Sequence record: PZ445426.1
Strand: one strand, 5' to 3'
DNA length: 58,342 bases
Origin: a phage
Shown in pieces: positions 56,009-58,342 of this stretch (positions within the stretch are counted from its first letter, which is position 1; each line of letters opens with the position of its first letter). The notes under the pieces are model-generated. The model ran no database searches and was not told where the DNA came from. It was given only the letters and a program-made list of their open reading frames with translations. The translations under genes were made by a program, and so were the position numbers.

Positions 56009-56269
56009 ATGACTACATTCAGTCATCTGATCCCACCTGCTTATCATAGTAAGGTAGTTGACCACGGGACTCATGTTGTAATTGGTGGCGAAATCTTTAT
56101 CACAGATAACGAGGAAATCGCCATTGCAATTATTGACAGCACTCAGCATGACTTTATGGTTATCCTGCAACACGAACCCGATAACTTCACTTTTTACTCC
56201 AGCTACGGGGTCGATAAAGGTGGAAAAGATCTTGTTAGCTGGTACATTAGCGAGTGGTTTGACGGGTAA
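56009..56269 (+). CDS. hypothetical protein with HslV-like N-terminus
   Basis: 86 aa; starts MTT and has GTHVVIGGE like the HslV N-terminal strand; too short for a full fold. Confidence 0.35.
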   Translation: MTTFSHLIPPAYHSKVVDHGTHVVIGGEIFITDNEEIAIAIIDSTQHDFMVILQHEPDNFTFYSSYGVDKGGKDLVSWYISEWFDG

Positions 56270-56351
56270 TCTCCTTAGATCAATTCTCCTTGCGCCGTAT
56301 CAAGTTTCTCTGTTACCCTTGAGTGGTTCATGTCAAGCGGAGGAACTCGAT

Positions 56352-56789
56352 ATGGCACTTCAACCTCGTGGTATTCGTAATAACAATCCAGGCAATATTC
56401 GCTGGGGTGACAATTGGCAGGGCTTAGTTCCTGCTGATAAGCGGACCGATAAATCTTTTGCTCAATTCACGCAACCGATTTACGGCATTCGTGCACTAGC
56501 GAAAATCCTGACAAACTACACCAAACGTGAAGGCCTGCCAAATGTGGGTAAGAAAAACATCGACACTGTACGTGAAATTATCGCTCGCTGGGCACCGCCT
56601 AACGAAAACGATACGGAAGCGTATATTCGCTCTGTTGCCAAAGCAATTGGTGTTCAACCCAACGATCCAATTAATGTCTTTGACAAGGCAATTATGTCAG
56701 GATTGGTGAAAGCAATCATTCGTCATGAAAATGGCATGATGCCCTATACCGACGACGTAATTAACCGCGCTATTGCAATGGTACTTTAA
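56352..56789 (+). CDS. putative endolysin (by position only)
   Basis: ATG 56352 with GGAGG RBS inside ORF 56082..56789; GIRNNNPGNIRWGD motif; immediately upstream of holin/spanins but separated by a terminator. Confidence 0.35.
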   Translation: MALQPRGIRNNNPGNIRWGDNWQGLVPADKRTDKSFAQFTQPIYGIRALAKILTNYTKREGLPNVGKKNIDTVREIIARWAPPNENDTEAYIRSVAKAIGVQPNDPINVFDKAIMSGLVKAIIRHENGMMPYTDDVINRAIAMVL

Positions 56790-56794
56790 CTGAC

Positions 56795-56816
56795 GGGGCG
56801 TTAGCCCCTTTTATTT
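56795..56816 (+). terminator. intrinsic terminator (GGGGC-gtta-GCCCC + TTTTATTT)
   Basis: read directly between 56789 and the holin start. Confidence 0.5.
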
Positions 56817-56825
56817 GGAGGGAGC

Positions 56826-57170
56826 ATGTTCAATTCACCCAACGAACATTGGGCAGTTCTAGCGGGGTTTGCGTTTATCTCCCTTATTGGGGGAGCTCTC
56901 GGTTATGTCATGCGTACAATAGACGCTGGTAAGAAAGTAAGGGCAAGCATTGCATTTCTTGAAGGCTTATCCGCCGCTTTCTTTGGTGTTATAATGTATG
57001 CGATCTACAGGGAGTTTAACATCAGCCTTTGGTTCGCTTTTGGCCTTGCTGGCCTATTTGCTTGGGCAGGTTCACGTGCTACGCTAAAAGCCCTAACGTC
57101 GCTTATAGCTTCACGGACAGGGATCAAACTCGATTCAGGGGACTGCAAACATGAAAACGATTCTAAATAA
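56826..57170 (+). CDS. holin (three transmembrane helices)
   Basis: 114 aa; three hydrophobic helices and charged C-terminus; GGAGGGAG RBS; followed by spanin pair. Confidence 0.6.
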   Translation: MFNSPNEHWAVLAGFAFISLIGGALGYVMRTIDAGKKVRASIAFLEGLSAAFFGVIMYAIYREFNISLWFAFGLAGLFAWAGSRATLKALTSLIASRTGIKLDSGDCKHENDSK

Positions 57171-57624
57171 CTTCTTCGGTTTTATAAAAACTAAACCGCG
57201 TCTGTTTATCGAGTATTTGATGATTGGCGCGGTTGTGTTTTTATGCGGGGTGGCCGCCTACTTGTGGTCACAGAACGAGCTCAGCAAAACTAATTTAAAT
57301 CATGCTGAGCAAAGACTAACCGTTGTAGAACAGGACAATGCAAAGCTGGGCGAAGCTGTTGTATTTCTTGCTTCCCAACGGGAGAAGGATACTGAATCTT
57401 ATCGAAAATTGGCTTCAGCAATTGAAAGTGAGCAACATAACCACAGGTTGCTTCAGGACAAATTAAAAGCACTGGAGAAAAGCAATGCCGACGTCAAAGC
57501 TTATCTTAATGAGCGTGTTCCTGATGATTTGCGCAGGCTGCTCGACGGAGATACAACCACCACCACCGCAGATAGTGAAGATAAAACTTCCAGCTCATCT
57601 GTTGGTAGAATGTCGGGAAGTTGA
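57151..57624 (+). CDS. i-spanin (Rz-like)
   Basis: N-terminal TM helix then coiled-coil periplasmic region; overlaps holin stop and o-spanin start. Confidence 0.6.
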   Translation: MKTILNNFFGFIKTKPRLFIEYLMIGAVVFLCGVAAYLWSQNELSKTNLNHAEQRLTVVEQDNAKLGEAVVFLASQREKDTESYRKLASAIESEQHNHRLLQDKLKALEKSNADVKAYLNERVPDDLRRLLDGDTTTTTADSEDKTSSSSVGRMSGS

Positions 57625-57787
57625 TAAATATCCTTTGGTTTATACGAGGGATATTATCCAACGTTTGCAGGATACAGAAACAGCTCTGACTGAATGTAAA
57701 CTGAGGGTTAAGGAAATCATACGCTATGAAGCTGAAAATGTTTCGCTTGATTTTGTAGGATCAAGCAATTATATTCAGCCTAAATAG
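57485..57787 (+). CDS. o-spanin (Rz1-like outer-membrane lipoprotein)
   Basis: signal peptide with lipobox-like ICAGC, Pro-rich QPPPPQ; begins in +1 frame inside the i-spanin gene and extends beyond it. Confidence 0.6.
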   Translation: MPTSKLILMSVFLMICAGCSTEIQPPPPQIVKIKLPAHLLVECREVDKYPLVYTRDIIQRLQDTETALTECKLRVKEIIRYEAENVSLDFVGSSNYIQPK

Positions 57788-57807
57788 CAATAAGAAAGGG
57801 GGCTTCC

Positions 57808-58342
57808 ATGAACGGGGCAAGTCAAGAGCAATATGATCGTGACTGGACGAATTACATCCAGTATGCAAATAGCTTGTCCGCTGACGAGATGGCAATACGT
57901 GACAAAGTTGTTGCTGAGTATATGTTCGACTACAATTGGACTAACGCTTGCATGAGATGCGGGTTCAATGCTATGTTTGCACAGGAGCTTGGCCAACGCT
58001 TTGCCACGGACTGTTACGTTCGATGGAAGCTCAAGGAGATTGAAAGATCCCGTGTTCAACGTACTTCTGAGCAAGCTAACATTGAAGCAGACCTAGAGCG
58101 TCAGCATATCATTGAAGCATTAAAACGTGAAGCTCATTATACAGGACCGGGATCTTCTCAAGCTGCTAGAGTAGCCGCATTGGGCAAGCTTGCACAAATT
58201 TATGATTTGGATGCTCCCAAGAAGGCTAAAATTGATGTTACTAACAGAGGCGGCGTAATGATAGTCCCTGCTGTAGCAAATATTGACGAATGGGAAAAAA
58301 CTGCATCCGAGTCTCAACAACTGCTAGTTAAAGAGACTGAAG
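57808..58342 (+). CDS. putative terminase small subunit (3' end outside window)
   Basis: ORF with GGGGG RBS runs to the window end; directly upstream of terL if the genome is circularly permuted. Confidence 0.4.
   Translation, partial: MNGASQEQYDRDWTNYIQYANSLSADEMAIRDKVVAEYMFDYNWTNACMRCGFNAMFAQELGQRFATDCYVRWKLKEIERSRVQRTSEQANIEADLERQHIIEALKREAHYTGPGSSQAARVAALGKLAQIYDLDAPKKAKIDVTNRGGVMIVPAVANIDEWEKTASESQQLLVKETE

Noticed and set aside
56082-56351. N-terminal 90 codons of ORF 56082..56789
   Set aside because: Leu/Ser/Thr-rich, overlaps ORF 56009..56269 in another frame; internal ATG 56352 has a GGAGG RBS
1-58342. Lysogeny module (integrase, CI-like repressor, attachment site)
   Set aside because: No tyrosine/serine recombinase or repressor-like gene recognised; consistent with a virulent phage

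Overview
The window reads as a complete or near-complete genome of a virulent tailed phage (siphovirus-like, enterobacterial codon usage and RBS style); no integrase or repressor was recognised. A terS-like ORF runs off the 3' end and terL starts at base 1, so the sequence is probably a linearised circularly permuted genome. Layout: (i) plus-strand late block 1..22698: terL, portal, scaffold-like, major capsid, Ig-like protein, four small head-tail joining genes, major tail protein, chaperone with a -1 frameshift extension, tape measure, minor tail proteins, J-like tip protein, two tail fibre genes and an insulated Gly-rich protein gene; one gene (17292..18293) is inverted inside this block. 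(ii) minus-strand block 50762..22731: small early genes, HTH/AP2 DNA-binding ORFs, Prim-Pol primase, two HNH homing endonucleases, dUTPase, RNase H, ATP-dependent ligase, Sak4-like ATPase with SSB, PD-(D/E)xK nuclease, SF2 helicase, a folE-queD-queC-queE cluster with a YhhQ-like transporter and a DpdA-like transglycosylase, then a family-B DNA polymerase. (iii) plus-strand block 51161..57787: many small genes, a LOG/SLOG-like protein, a C39-like cysteine peptidase, an HslV-like protease, then holin and overlapping spanins. The most notable candidates are the 7-deazaguanine DNA-modification cluster and an uncharacterised protease-centred module (LOG/SLOG-like, C39, HslV-like). All calls come from reading the sequence and ORF track by eye; no searches were run. 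Coordinates of hairpins, promoters and repeats were hand-counted and may be off by a base or two.
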